Source of the DNA: Candidatus Omnitrophota bacterium
Lineage (GTDB): Bacteria; Omnitrophota; Gorgyraeia; Duberdicusellales; Duberdicusellaceae
Length of the DNA stretch: 41,622 nucleotides
Assembly: GCA_015486615.1 (NCBI GenBank)
Contig: WFRI01000017.1
Span: 1 to 41,622, forward strand
Direction: 5' to 3'
Shown: positions 16,749 through 28,011 of the stretch, piece after piece
How positions within the stretch are numbered: the stretch's first letter is position 1
How the letters are laid out: the number at the start of each line of letters is the position of its first letter
Notes under the pieces: generated by a model
Database searches by the model: none
What the model was told of the DNA's origin: nothing
What the model saw: only the letters and a program-made list of their open reading frames with translations
Made by a program: the position numbers and the translations under genes

Positions 16749-17813
16749 CTAATTAAACCTGTTTTTTATAGCCTTTAAAAGTTCGTCTATAGCCCTGGCC
16801 TTGGCTACTCTTTTTACAATTTTTCCCTGTTCAAAGAACGCGGCGAACCCGCCTCCAAAAGCAACTCCTAAATCCGCATGAGCGGCTTCTCCAGGGCCGT
16901 TAACCTCACATCCCATAACCGCTACCGTAAAGTTGTTTCTTTTCAAATCCATCGATAATAGTTTCCGTTTAAACTGCTCAACTATACTCTCCAAATCAAC
17001 TTCGCAGCGCGAACATTTTGGACAGGATATTATCTCCGGGCCAAAAACCCTAAGCCCTAACGCCTGAAGAATACCTTTGCCAGCCTCAACCTCTTCCCAC
17101 GGCTGGGCGTTTAAAGATACTCTTATAGTATCGCCTATGCCTTCTGATAAAAGAATACCCAAACCCACACAAGATTTTATTATTCCTTCCTGTTTAGGCC
17201 CTGTAGCGGTTATTCCTAAATGTAGAGGGTAATCAAATCTTTTAGACGCTAAACGGTTTACCTGAACAGTACTGTTTACAGAAGAAGTTTTTAGTGAAAT
17301 CATTATATCATAAAAATGCGCGTCTTCCATTATTTTCACATAGCGGGACACTTTAGAAAGCATTGCCCTAACTATCCCGGCATCGCCGAGTTTCTGCCTG
17401 AACCCTCCGGAATTTATGCCAATACGGATAGGGATATTCTTTTCCCTGCATTCTTTAACCACCGCTAAAATCTGTTTTTTCCCTGCGATATTATTAGGAT
17501 TAAGCCTGACAGCATCAGCACCTGCATCTAAAGATAGAAACGCCAGGCGCCAGTCAAAATGCACATCCGCTTCTATAGGGATATTTATATGCTTTTTCAA
17601 ATACTCAATTGCCCTGCGGCCCTGCTGGTTTTCCACAGCCACTCTTAATATTTCGCATCCGGCCTGCCTGGCTTTTTTTGCTTCTGCCAAAACTTCTTTT
17701 AAATTCCCCAAAGGAGCCTTTATCATTGTTTGAACAGAAACCGGAGCATTGCCGCCTATTTCCACATTACCAATTTTTACTGCTTTTTTCAATTTGCGTG
17801 CCATTTTGTACAT
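16749..17813 (-). CDS. ispG: 4-hydroxy-3-methylbut-2-en-1-yl diphosphate synthase
   Basis: ADVHFD, RLNP, IRIGINSG, YPLHLGIT, GIGDTIRVSL, SCPKCSR, MGCEVNGPGEA; start ATG 17813 or 17804. Confidence 0.96.
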   Translation of the reverse strand: MYKMARKLKKAVKIGNVEIGGNAPVSVQTMIKAPLGNLKEVLAEAKKARQAGCEILRVAVENQQGRRAIEYLKKHINIPIEADVHFDWRLAFLSLDAGADAVRLNPNNIAGKKQILAVVKECREKNIPIRIGINSGGFRQKLGDAGIVRAMLSKVSRYVKIMEDAHFYDIMISLKTSSVNSTVQVNRLASKRFDYPLHLGITATGPKQEGIIKSCVGLGILLSEGIGDTIRVSLNAQPWEEVEAGKGILQALGLRVFGPEIISCPKCSRCEVDLESIVEQFKRKLLSMDLKRNNFTVAVMGCEVNGPGEAAHADLGVAFGGGFAAFFEQGKIVKRVAKARAIDELLKAIKNRFN

Positions 17814-18876
17814 TATCTTTTTTTGCCTTAACCCACCTTGCCAAATCATTATACGAAGTAAAAACTACTAAAAACAGGATGAAACCAACTCCTAAACGAG
17901 TTATAAAATCTTCCGTTTTTACCGAGAGAGGCCTGTTCCTTATTTTCTCCAGCAAAAGAAGGAAAAGATGCCCGCCGTCTAAAACCGGCAAAGGCAGAAA
18001 ATTAAAAACCCCCAGACTTAAACTCAACACTGCCATAAAATGTAAAACCGCAGTAAATCCTAAATGCGTTACTTTGGAAGTCACAAAAAATATTCCTAAA
18101 GGCCCGGAAACCGAATTCTTAAAAGACATTGCCCCGATAAGGATAAAAAATAAAGACTTTAGAGTAATCCAGGTATATATAAACAAACTCCGGCCTCCCC
18201 GGTAAACACTTTCTAAAGGGTTATACCGCAGCACGACTGTCTCTTCAGAAGGAGTAATGCCGATGACCGGCCGGAATACTTCTTTGCCGAATATACTTTT
18301 TGCCGCTATCTCCTTTGGTTTTACTTCTAAAACTACATTTTTATTATTTCTGGTAATTTCTATTTTTAACGTCCGGCCTGCTTTCTGCTTTTTTACGGCA
18401 TCAAGTATATTCAGCCAATTCCGGGTTTTAACCCCGTTTATACCGGTAATAATATCTCCCTTAACAAGCCCGGCTTTTTGAGCGGGATAACCGTTCAACA
18501 ACCCGCCGATTTTATTAGAAGGGACCGGGACCCCCATCATAAAAACGAGGACAAACAATACCCATGCTAACAAGAAGCTGAATACCGGCCCGGCCGCAAT
18601 AATCTGGGACCTGCGGCCTATGCTCTGTGAACAATACTCATAAGCCAGCCCCTTACAGTCTTCCCTACTCTCTCCGGCAAGCCTGACATACCCGCCTAAA
18701 GGCACAGCGCAGATAAGAAAAACAAAATCCTTAAATTTTTTACGGAAAATAACCCTGCCAAAACCTACGGCAAATTCTTCAACCTTAACCCCCAGCCTGC
18801 GGGCAGCCAGAAAATGCCCCAGTTCGTGAGCCACGATGAGCGTGCTTAAAACAAGTATAAATATAATTAAATCCAT
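17767..18876 (-). CDS. rseP: RIP metalloprotease RseP
   Basis: HELGH, PLGGYV, AAGP, one PDZ domain, NFLPLPVLDGGH. Confidence 0.97.
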   Translation of the reverse strand: MDLIIFILVLSTLIVAHELGHFLAARRLGVKVEEFAVGFGRVIFRKKFKDFVFLICAVPLGGYVRLAGESREDCKGLAYEYCSQSIGRRSQIIAAGPVFSFLLAWVLFVLVFMMGVPVPSNKIGGLLNGYPAQKAGLVKGDIITGINGVKTRNWLNILDAVKKQKAGRTLKIEITRNNKNVVLEVKPKEIAAKSIFGKEVFRPVIGITPSEETVVLRYNPLESVYRGGRSLFIYTWITLKSLFFILIGAMSFKNSVSGPLGIFFVTSKVTHLGFTAVLHFMAVLSLSLGVFNFLPLPVLDGGHLFLLLLEKIRNRPLSVKTEDFITRLGVGFILFLVVFTSYNDLARWVKAKKDNVQNGTQIEKSSKNW

Positions 18877-18903
18877 AATCTCCCTTTGATATTAATCTGA
18901 ATA

Positions 18904-18962
18904 TCCAACGTCCAATATCGAATGTCGTATCCAAAAACGCGCCAGCGTTTTTTAAGTGGTAG
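18904..18962 (+). repeat. 7-nt array followed by 5' half of intergenic repeat B (hairpin)
   Basis: tccaacg tccaata tcgaatg then tccaaaaacgc-gcca-gcgttttttaagtggtag. Confidence 0.75.
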
Positions 18963-18969
18963 TTACCTC

Positions 18970-20109
18970 CTAACTAACCATTCGGCACGCCTCAGCAACC
19001 TTTTGTTTAGCCCAATCTATCCAAAATAAAATCTCTTTATAAGAAGAAAATTTTACCGGTCTATGTTTTAATAAAACTCTCCTTAATACCTGCGGTATCT
19101 GGTTAAAACTTATTTTACCTTCCAAAAAAAGCCTTACTGCCTCTTCATCGGCAGCAGCAAACACTGCCGGGGCGGTCCCGGCCTGCATAGCCGCCTCTAA
19201 AGCCAGTTTTAACCCTGGGAATTTTTTAAAATCCGGCCTTAAAAATTCCAGTTTTTCCAAAGAGTACAAATCCAGCCGTTTTAAGGGAGTATTAGAAATA
19301 TCCGGATAATACAAAGCATAATTAATCGGTATGCGCATATCCGGAGAGAAAAAAGACGCCAGCAGACAGCCGTCAGAAGCCTCGGCCAGAGAATGGACAA
19401 CTGACTGAGGGTGTATTACAACCTCTATTTTATCCAAAGGAATACCAAATAAAAAATGCGCCTCCATTACTTCAAAGCCTTTATTAACTAAACTCGCCGA
19501 ATCTATAGTTATTCTTTTGCCCATTTTCCACCGCGGATGCTTAAGTGCCTGTGATATTTTAACCTTTGCTAAATCCTTTCTGTTCCAATTAAGAAAAGGC
19601 CCGCCTGAAGCAGTAATATAAATCTTATTCAAAAATCTTTTCTTAATACCCAAAAGCAGCTGGAATATTGCATTGGCCTCGCTGTCTACAGGGACTATTT
19701 CTGTGCCGCTGTTTTTCAATTTGGTTTTTATCAAAGGCCAGGCCGAAACTATGGATTCCTTATTTGCCAAAAGAACTCTTCTGGTATTGCCTATACATTC
19801 CAGCAAAGGTTCTAAAGCAGCAATGCCGCTTATGCCTAAAATAACGACATCTGATTTCATACGGGCCAAGGCATTTATGCCTTGGCTGCCGGAAAAAACT
19901 TTAACCTTCCCTTTAATTCGCTTAACTTTAGACTCATCCTGCAAAGCAGCATAATCCGGGGAAAATTCTGCAATCTGCCTATTAAGCAAAGAAACATTCC
20001 CTCCTGCAGAAAGGCCGATAACTTTAAACCTGCTCTTATTTTTTCTAAGCACGGCTAAAGCATTTTTGCCTATTGAACCCGTAGAGCCTAATACAATAAC
20101 TTTATTCAT
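18970..20109 (-). CDS. dxr: 1-deoxy-D-xylulose 5-phosphate reductoisomerase
   Basis: LGSTGSIG, LANKES, PVDSE, TASGGPF, HPRWKMGKRITIDSA, NKGFEVMEA. Confidence 0.97.
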   Translation of the reverse strand: MNKVIVLGSTGSIGKNALAVLRKNKSRFKVIGLSAGGNVSLLNRQIAEFSPDYAALQDESKVKRIKGKVKVFSGSQGINALARMKSDVVILGISGIAALEPLLECIGNTRRVLLANKESIVSAWPLIKTKLKNSGTEIVPVDSEANAIFQLLLGIKKRFLNKIYITASGGPFLNWNRKDLAKVKISQALKHPRWKMGKRITIDSASLVNKGFEVMEAHFLFGIPLDKIEVVIHPQSVVHSLAEASDGCLLASFFSPDMRIPINYALYYPDISNTPLKRLDLYSLEKLEFLRPDFKKFPGLKLALEAAMQAGTAPAVFAAADEEAVRLFLEGKISFNQIPQVLRRVLLKHRPVKFSSYKEILFWIDWAKQKVAEACRMVS

Positions 20110-20903
20110 CTTCCGACTATAGTAGTAAGGTAAATATAAAATACCGGAGCAGTAAAAATAAGGCTGTCCACCACATCCAGGACCCCGCCCATTCCCGGGA
20201 GCAGCCGGCCGGAATCTTTTACTCCGCAGTCGCGTTTCAGCAAAGATTCAAACAAATCTCCTAATTCTCCGATAACTGCCAAAATAAAAGATATAAATAA
20301 AGCCTGATATAAAGTAAAGAAATCTACAAAGGCATTAAATACAACCCCTGCGATTAAACTGACAACCAGGCCGCCAAAAGCGCCTTCTAAAGATTTATTA
20401 GGGCTGACTCTTTTTAACAAAGGCCTCTTGCCCCATTTCCTGCCGATAAAATAAGCGCCTAAATCTGAAGACTTGGTGACTAAAATAAGAAAGGCCAAAA
20501 GAAAAGCACCGTCGTCCAAAGCCCTTATTTTAATTATGGAACTCAGACACCAGCAAATATAAATTACCCCAAAAAGTGTTCCGGAAATAGAAAGCACTGT
20601 CTGGTAATTTTCCTTGCGGGTAAGTTCAAGTATAAATAAGGCAAACAAACCTGCGATAATAGACATAAACTGCCATTCAACTGTTAAGGGAAATTTAAAG
20701 AAAATAGTAATAGGGATAACAGCGCCCAAAAACAATCCAACCCCCTGGAATAAACTCACCCCTTTATTCTCAATCATATTAAAAAATTCCCACAAAGCAA
20801 CAAGGATAAAGCCTAAAAGCGCGACAAAACACAACTTATAGGAGAAAATAGCCAATCCCACGATAAAAACAAGAATAGTTGAGCTAAAAACTCTCTTACG
20901 CAT
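20106..20903 (-). CDS. cdsA: Phosphatidate cytidylyltransferase
   Basis: SDLGAYFIG, VSPNKSLEG, GDLFESLLKRDCGVKDSG..LPG.GGVLD. Confidence 0.96.
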   Translation of the reverse strand: MRKRVFSSTILVFIVGLAIFSYKLCFVALLGFILVALWEFFNMIENKGVSLFQGVGLFLGAVIPITIFFKFPLTVEWQFMSIIAGLFALFILELTRKENYQTVLSISGTLFGVIYICWCLSSIIKIRALDDGAFLLAFLILVTKSSDLGAYFIGRKWGKRPLLKRVSPNKSLEGAFGGLVVSLIAGVVFNAFVDFFTLYQALFISFILAVIGELGDLFESLLKRDCGVKDSGRLLPGMGGVLDVVDSLIFTAPVFYIYLTTIVGR

Positions 20904-21600
20904 CTTTTATTCCTCCAAACCTGCGGTCTCTGCGGGAAAAATCATCTATAACCCAATCTAAATCTTCCGGAGAGAAATCCGGCCAGAATTTTTCAATAAA
21001 ATAAAACTCTGCATAAGCCAGCTCCCACAAAAGAAAATTACTAATTCTCAACTCCCCGGAAGTCCTAATCATAACATCCGGATCGGGAATATCCGGGGCA
21101 TATAAATATTTCGAAAAACGGCTCTCGTCGATCTCTTCAGCCGAGATTCTATTTTCTTGAATATCCCTAACTATATTCCTGCAGGCATCCACTATCTCAG
21201 CCCGGCCGCCGTAATTCAAAGCTAAGTTAAAAGTAAAATCGTAATCCCGGCAGGTCTGCCTCTGGACATACTGGATTTTTTCCCATAAACCGCCAGGCAA
21301 AGGCTCTTTTCTGCCAACGGCATTAAACCGTATTTTGTTTTTAATAAAATTTTTCATCTCGCGGTCTAAATACCTGCCAAATTCTGACATAAGAAAATCC
21401 ACTTCTTTTTTAGGACGCGACCAGTTCTCTGTAGAGAAAGTAAAAAAAGTAACAACTTTAACACCTTTTTCTTTTGCCCGGTCAGCAATTTTGCGCACAT
21501 TTTCAATACCCCGGCGGTGGCCTTCAACACGCGGCAGCCCTCTCTGCTTGGCCCAGCGGCCATTGCCGTCCATAATTATGCTTATGTGGTAAGGAACCAT
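20896..21600 (-). CDS. uppS: Undecaprenyl diphosphate synthase
   Basis: IMDGNGRWA, FSTENWSRP, NYGGRAEI, IRTSGELRISNFLLW, RRFGG. Confidence 0.97.
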   Translation of the reverse strand: MVPYHISIIMDGNGRWAKQRGLPRVEGHRRGIENVRKIADRAKEKGVKVVTFFTFSTENWSRPKKEVDFLMSEFGRYLDREMKNFIKNKIRFNAVGRKEPLPGGLWEKIQYVQRQTCRDYDFTFNLALNYGGRAEIVDACRNIVRDIQENRISAEEIDESRFSKYLYAPDIPDPDVMIRTSGELRISNFLLWELAYAEFYFIEKFWPDFSPEDLDWVIDDFSRRDRRFGGIKDA

Positions 21601-21632
21601 TGCCTCTTTTTTTATTAAACTGATGATTTTCT

Positions 21633-21658
21633 AAAAAAATCGGGGGCTCACACCCCCG
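21633..21658 (-). terminator. Rho-independent terminator
   Basis: Minus strand CGGGGG-tgtgag-CCCCCG-aTTTTTTT, about 30 nt after the stop of the 21690-22010 gene. Confidence 0.75.
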
Positions 21659-21689
21659 CTTAAAACCGTATCCTGCAGCATTTAAAAAA

Positions 21690-22010
21690 CTATTGCTTCT
21701 TAGTTAATGCATCTTTAAGATTCTGTTCCAATGCATCCTTCAATTTGTTCAATTTCTCTACTTCCACCTGTAGTCTTTTAACTGTAGATTCTTTCTCTTT
21801 TAGCCGGCTGGTTAAATCTTCTTTCTCCTGAGACAACTTAGCAAGTCTATCCTTCAGCGTTTTATTCTGTTCTTCTAAATTAATCTTAATTTTGTTTATC
21901 TGCGAATAAAGCTCCGAGGTGCGGCTGACCTGCAGGCCTAAAGATATTATAACAATGATTAGGACTACAATTACTCCGACTAATATACCTATAACAGGAT
22001 AACCTTTCAT
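21690..22010 (-). CDS. Hypothetical protein: N-terminal TM helix plus coiled coil
   Basis: Hydrophobic residues 5-26, then Leu/Lys/Glu heptads; ATGA overlap with the upstream gene. Confidence 0.8.
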   Translation of the reverse strand: MKGYPVIGILVGVIVVLIIVIISLGLQVSRTSELYSQINKIKINLEEQNKTLKDRLAKLSQEKEDLTSRLKEKESTVKRLQVEVEKLNKLKDALEQNLKDALTKKQ

Positions 22011-22663
22011 TTAAGTATCTCCTCCTCTGACAAATCCTTTTTCTTCTCCGGGATATTCGCAGCCTGCAGTGTTTTTACTAAACGGGGAAGAATCACTATT
22101 TCTACTCTTCTGTTCTTCTGCATATTCTCAGGTGTAGTATTAGGAACTACCGGCCGATATTCCCCATAGCCTATAACTGAAAGACGCCGGGGAGAAACAC
22201 CTTTATCAATTAGATAATGCAAAACACTCAATGCCCGGTGGGCAGACAATTCCCAGTTCGATTTCCACTTAGAATATTTTATCGGCTGGTTGTCTGTATA
22301 ACCTTCTATCCCCACATTATGCATACTCATTTCGTTATTTAAGACATCAGCAACTTTGTCTAACACTTCAAAACTTGTGTCTTTCAATTTAGCCCTGCCG
22401 GAATCAAAAAGTATTTTTGCCAAAACAGTAATTACCAGACCTTTCCTGCTCATTTTTATACTGACATTTTTATTCTGAATCTCCCGGGAAAATTTCTTTT
22501 CCAGCATAGATTTAGCGTTTCTTAAATTGTCAAGCTCTCTTTGAAGCAGTTGTATCTTCTCAATATCCGAACGCCGGCCTTTTTGAATAACTACACTACA
22601 GCCCTGAAATACCAAGCCTGCTATCAGCAAAATAATTATACTCAATATCTTCCTACCTGTCAT
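22007..22663 (-). CDS. OmpA/MotB-family peptidoglycan-binding lipoprotein
   Basis: Lipobox-like FQGC, coiled coil, ILFDSG, IEGYTDNQP, SNWELSAHRA, NRRVEI; SD GAGGAGG. Confidence 0.9.
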   Translation of the reverse strand: MTGRKILSIIILLIAGLVFQGCSVVIQKGRRSDIEKIQLLQRELDNLRNAKSMLEKKFSREIQNKNVSIKMSRKGLVITVLAKILFDSGRAKLKDTSFEVLDKVADVLNNEMSMHNVGIEGYTDNQPIKYSKWKSNWELSAHRALSVLHYLIDKGVSPRRLSVIGYGEYRPVVPNTTPENMQKNRRVEIVILPRLVKTLQAANIPEKKKDLSEEEILK

Positions 22664-22697
22664 AACCGCCTCCTCTGGTTTCTTTAGTCCAGAAAAA

Positions 22698-22725
22698 ATT
22701 GTATCACAGGCAAAATTTTAGTCAA
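22698..22725 (-). promoter_or_regulatory. Sigma70-type promoter for the OmpA/coiled-coil pair
   Basis: Minus strand TTGACT, 16 bp ending TGa, TACAAT. Confidence 0.65.
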
Positions 22726-22739
22726 GAAAACAATATTTC

Positions 22740-24851
22740 CTACTTAAACAGGCTAAATTGCAGGACAAACCCGGCAAAAACTATAGAAACCATTGACATA
22801 AGTTTAATCAAGATATTAAGAGAAGGCCCTGAAGTATCTTTGAAAGGGTCGCCTACTGTATCTCCAACTACAGCGGCTTTATGGTTATCTGAACCTTTGC
22901 CGCCAAAATTGCCTTCTTCTATATACTTCTTAGCATTATCCCATGCTCCGCCGGCATTAGCCATCATAATTGCCAATACAAAACCCGCAGCCAAGGCCCC
23001 CACTAACAATCCCACCACAGACTTGATGCCAAACAATAAACCCATTAGAATCGGCATAATAAACGCAGATAAAGACGGAAGAAGCATTTCTTTCTGAGCA
23101 GCCTTAGTGGTTATTTTTACACAGCGGGAATAATCCGCTTTAGAACTGCCTTCCAGAATTCCTTTATCAGCCCTAAACTGCCGGCGCACTTCTTCTATAA
23201 TGGCCCCGGCGGCCCTGCCTACCGCGCTTAAACTGAATGAACAAAAAAGAAAAGGCATCATTGCTCCCACAAAAACGCCTATAATCATATTCGTATCAAG
23301 AAGCGTAAGATTTAAAGACAACTCTCTGCCCATTCGCAGGGCTTCTTCGAAAACATGGTTTTTGTAAGCAACAATCAAAGCCAAAGCAGTCAAAGCCGCC
23401 GAGCCAATAGCAAAACCCTTTCCTGTTGCTGCAGTAGTATTTCCTAAAGCGTCTAACTGGTCTGTTTTTTTGCGGACATCCGGAGGCAGGCCTGCCATTT
23501 CAGCATTTCCTCCGGCATTGTCAGCAACAGGGCCGTAAGCATCAGTAGCCAAAGTAATACCTAAAGTAGAAAGCATACCTACAGCAGAAATACCTACTCC
23601 ATAGAGCCCCATAGCAAAAGAATGAAAACCTCCGCTTAAAATAAAACTTCCCAGAATAGCCAAACAAACAACAATAACAGTGGCAAAAGGAGAAAACATA
23701 CCTAAAGCAATCCCTTCAATGATAACTGTAGCAGTGCCGGTTTTAGCCGCAGATGCTACTTTTCTGGTAGGCTTGTAATTAGAAGACGTAAAAAACTCAG
23801 TAAAAAAACCTATTATTACTCCGGCAATAAGTCCGGAAATAACCGAACCCCACACGCCTAAATATTTTTTTCCCAAGACAAAATAGACGACAAAAAAAGT
23901 CAAAGCAATTACAAACACTGATGAAGAATACACCCCTTTGCGCAAGGCCCTTAAAAGATTTTTCTGGGTTGCACCTTCTTTAGCCTTAATAAAAAAGAAC
24001 CCTGCAATAGAAGACACTAAACCGCAGGCAGCCACCAGCATAGGAACTATTACTCCTTTAAGACCCAAGCCTGCTACAGCAGCCAAAGCCATTGTAGCTA
24101 CAATAGAATCTACGTAAGACTCATATAAATCTGCGCCCATACCGGCAACATCGCCGACATTATCTCCTACCTGGTCAGCTATAACTGCAGGGTTACGCGG
24201 ATCATCTTCAGGTATGCCTGCCTCTAATTTACCAACCAAATCCGCACCTACATCTGCTGCCTTAGTATAAATACCGCCGCCTAAACGGGCAAATAAAGCC
24301 TGCAAAGAAGCACCCATTCCAAAACACAGCATAGTACTGGTAATGGCCTGGAACTTACCAATCCCTGCCGGTGTTGGATTATGAGTATACCACCAATTTA
24401 AAATCCAGTACCAAACAGACAAGTCTAAAAGCCCAAGCCCCACAACCATAAGACCCATTACCTGGCCGCTGGACATAGCAACTTTTAAACCTCTGTTCAA
24501 ACTAACCTGAGCAGCCTGGGCCGTGCGGCTGGAAGAATTAGTAGCAATATACATACCTATCCAGCCGCATAGAGCCGACCAGAAACCGCCGGTTAAAAAC
24601 GCAAAAGGCACAAACCAAACTAAAAAGCCCTTATAAACAAGAAACCAGAGAATAACAAATATCACCGCAAAGAATATGCCTACAACTTTATACTGCTGTT
24701 TCAAATAAGCCATTGCCCCTTCTTTAACAAATCCGGCAATCTCCTGCATCTTAGAATTGCCTGCCGGCTGCTTAAATATCCAAAACATAAAAGATATACT
24801 TACCAGAATGGCAGATACTGCCGCTATTGGAATAATAAAAAATAAGCCCAT
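22740..24851 (-). CDS. hppA: Membrane-bound cation-translocating pyrophosphatase, K+-dependent type
   Basis: GGGIYTKAADVGADLVGK, EDDPRN, GDNVGD, DAYGPVADNAGG, GNTTAA, GGAWDNAKK, GDTVGDPFKDTSGP; ATG 24851 after AGGAGG. Confidence 0.97.
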   Translation of the reverse strand: MGLFFIIPIAAVSAILVSISFMFWIFKQPAGNSKMQEIAGFVKEGAMAYLKQQYKVVGIFFAVIFVILWFLVYKGFLVWFVPFAFLTGGFWSALCGWIGMYIATNSSSRTAQAAQVSLNRGLKVAMSSGQVMGLMVVGLGLLDLSVWYWILNWWYTHNPTPAGIGKFQAITSTMLCFGMGASLQALFARLGGGIYTKAADVGADLVGKLEAGIPEDDPRNPAVIADQVGDNVGDVAGMGADLYESYVDSIVATMALAAVAGLGLKGVIVPMLVAACGLVSSIAGFFFIKAKEGATQKNLLRALRKGVYSSSVFVIALTFFVVYFVLGKKYLGVWGSVISGLIAGVIIGFFTEFFTSSNYKPTRKVASAAKTGTATVIIEGIALGMFSPFATVIVVCLAILGSFILSGGFHSFAMGLYGVGISAVGMLSTLGITLATDAYGPVADNAGGNAEMAGLPPDVRKKTDQLDALGNTTAATGKGFAIGSAALTALALIVAYKNHVFEEALRMGRELSLNLTLLDTNMIIGVFVGAMMPFLFCSFSLSAVGRAAGAIIEEVRRQFRADKGILEGSSKADYSRCVKITTKAAQKEMLLPSLSAFIMPILMGLLFGIKSVVGLLVGALAAGFVLAIMMANAGGAWDNAKKYIEEGNFGGKGSDNHKAAVVGDTVGDPFKDTSGPSLNILIKLMSMVSIVFAGFVLQFSLFK

Positions 24852-24866
24852 AATCACCTCCTGTTT

Positions 24867-24955
24867 AATCTAAATCTCAAATAATAACCAATTAAACCAA
24901 CCTAAACTACAGCTCAGGATTTTACTCTCAATCTCAACCTAAACCTAATAATCTA
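24867..24955. repeat. Degenerate 6-nt tandem array (AAYCTH)
   Basis: aatcta aatctc ... actctc aatctc aaccta aaccta; similar tracts at 5425-5465, 10681-10697 and 31465-31499. Confidence 0.6.
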
Positions 24956-24957
24956 TA

Positions 24958-27970
<3,013 letters not shown>

Positions 27971-28011
27971 ACCTTACCTCCCGTTAATAATCCTATAAAA
28001 ATTTATGTCTT

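Noticed and set aside
22007-22663. Flagellar stator motB
   Set aside because: No motA or flagellar genes nearby, and the N-terminus is a lipoprotein-type signal lacking the conserved TM Asp motif.
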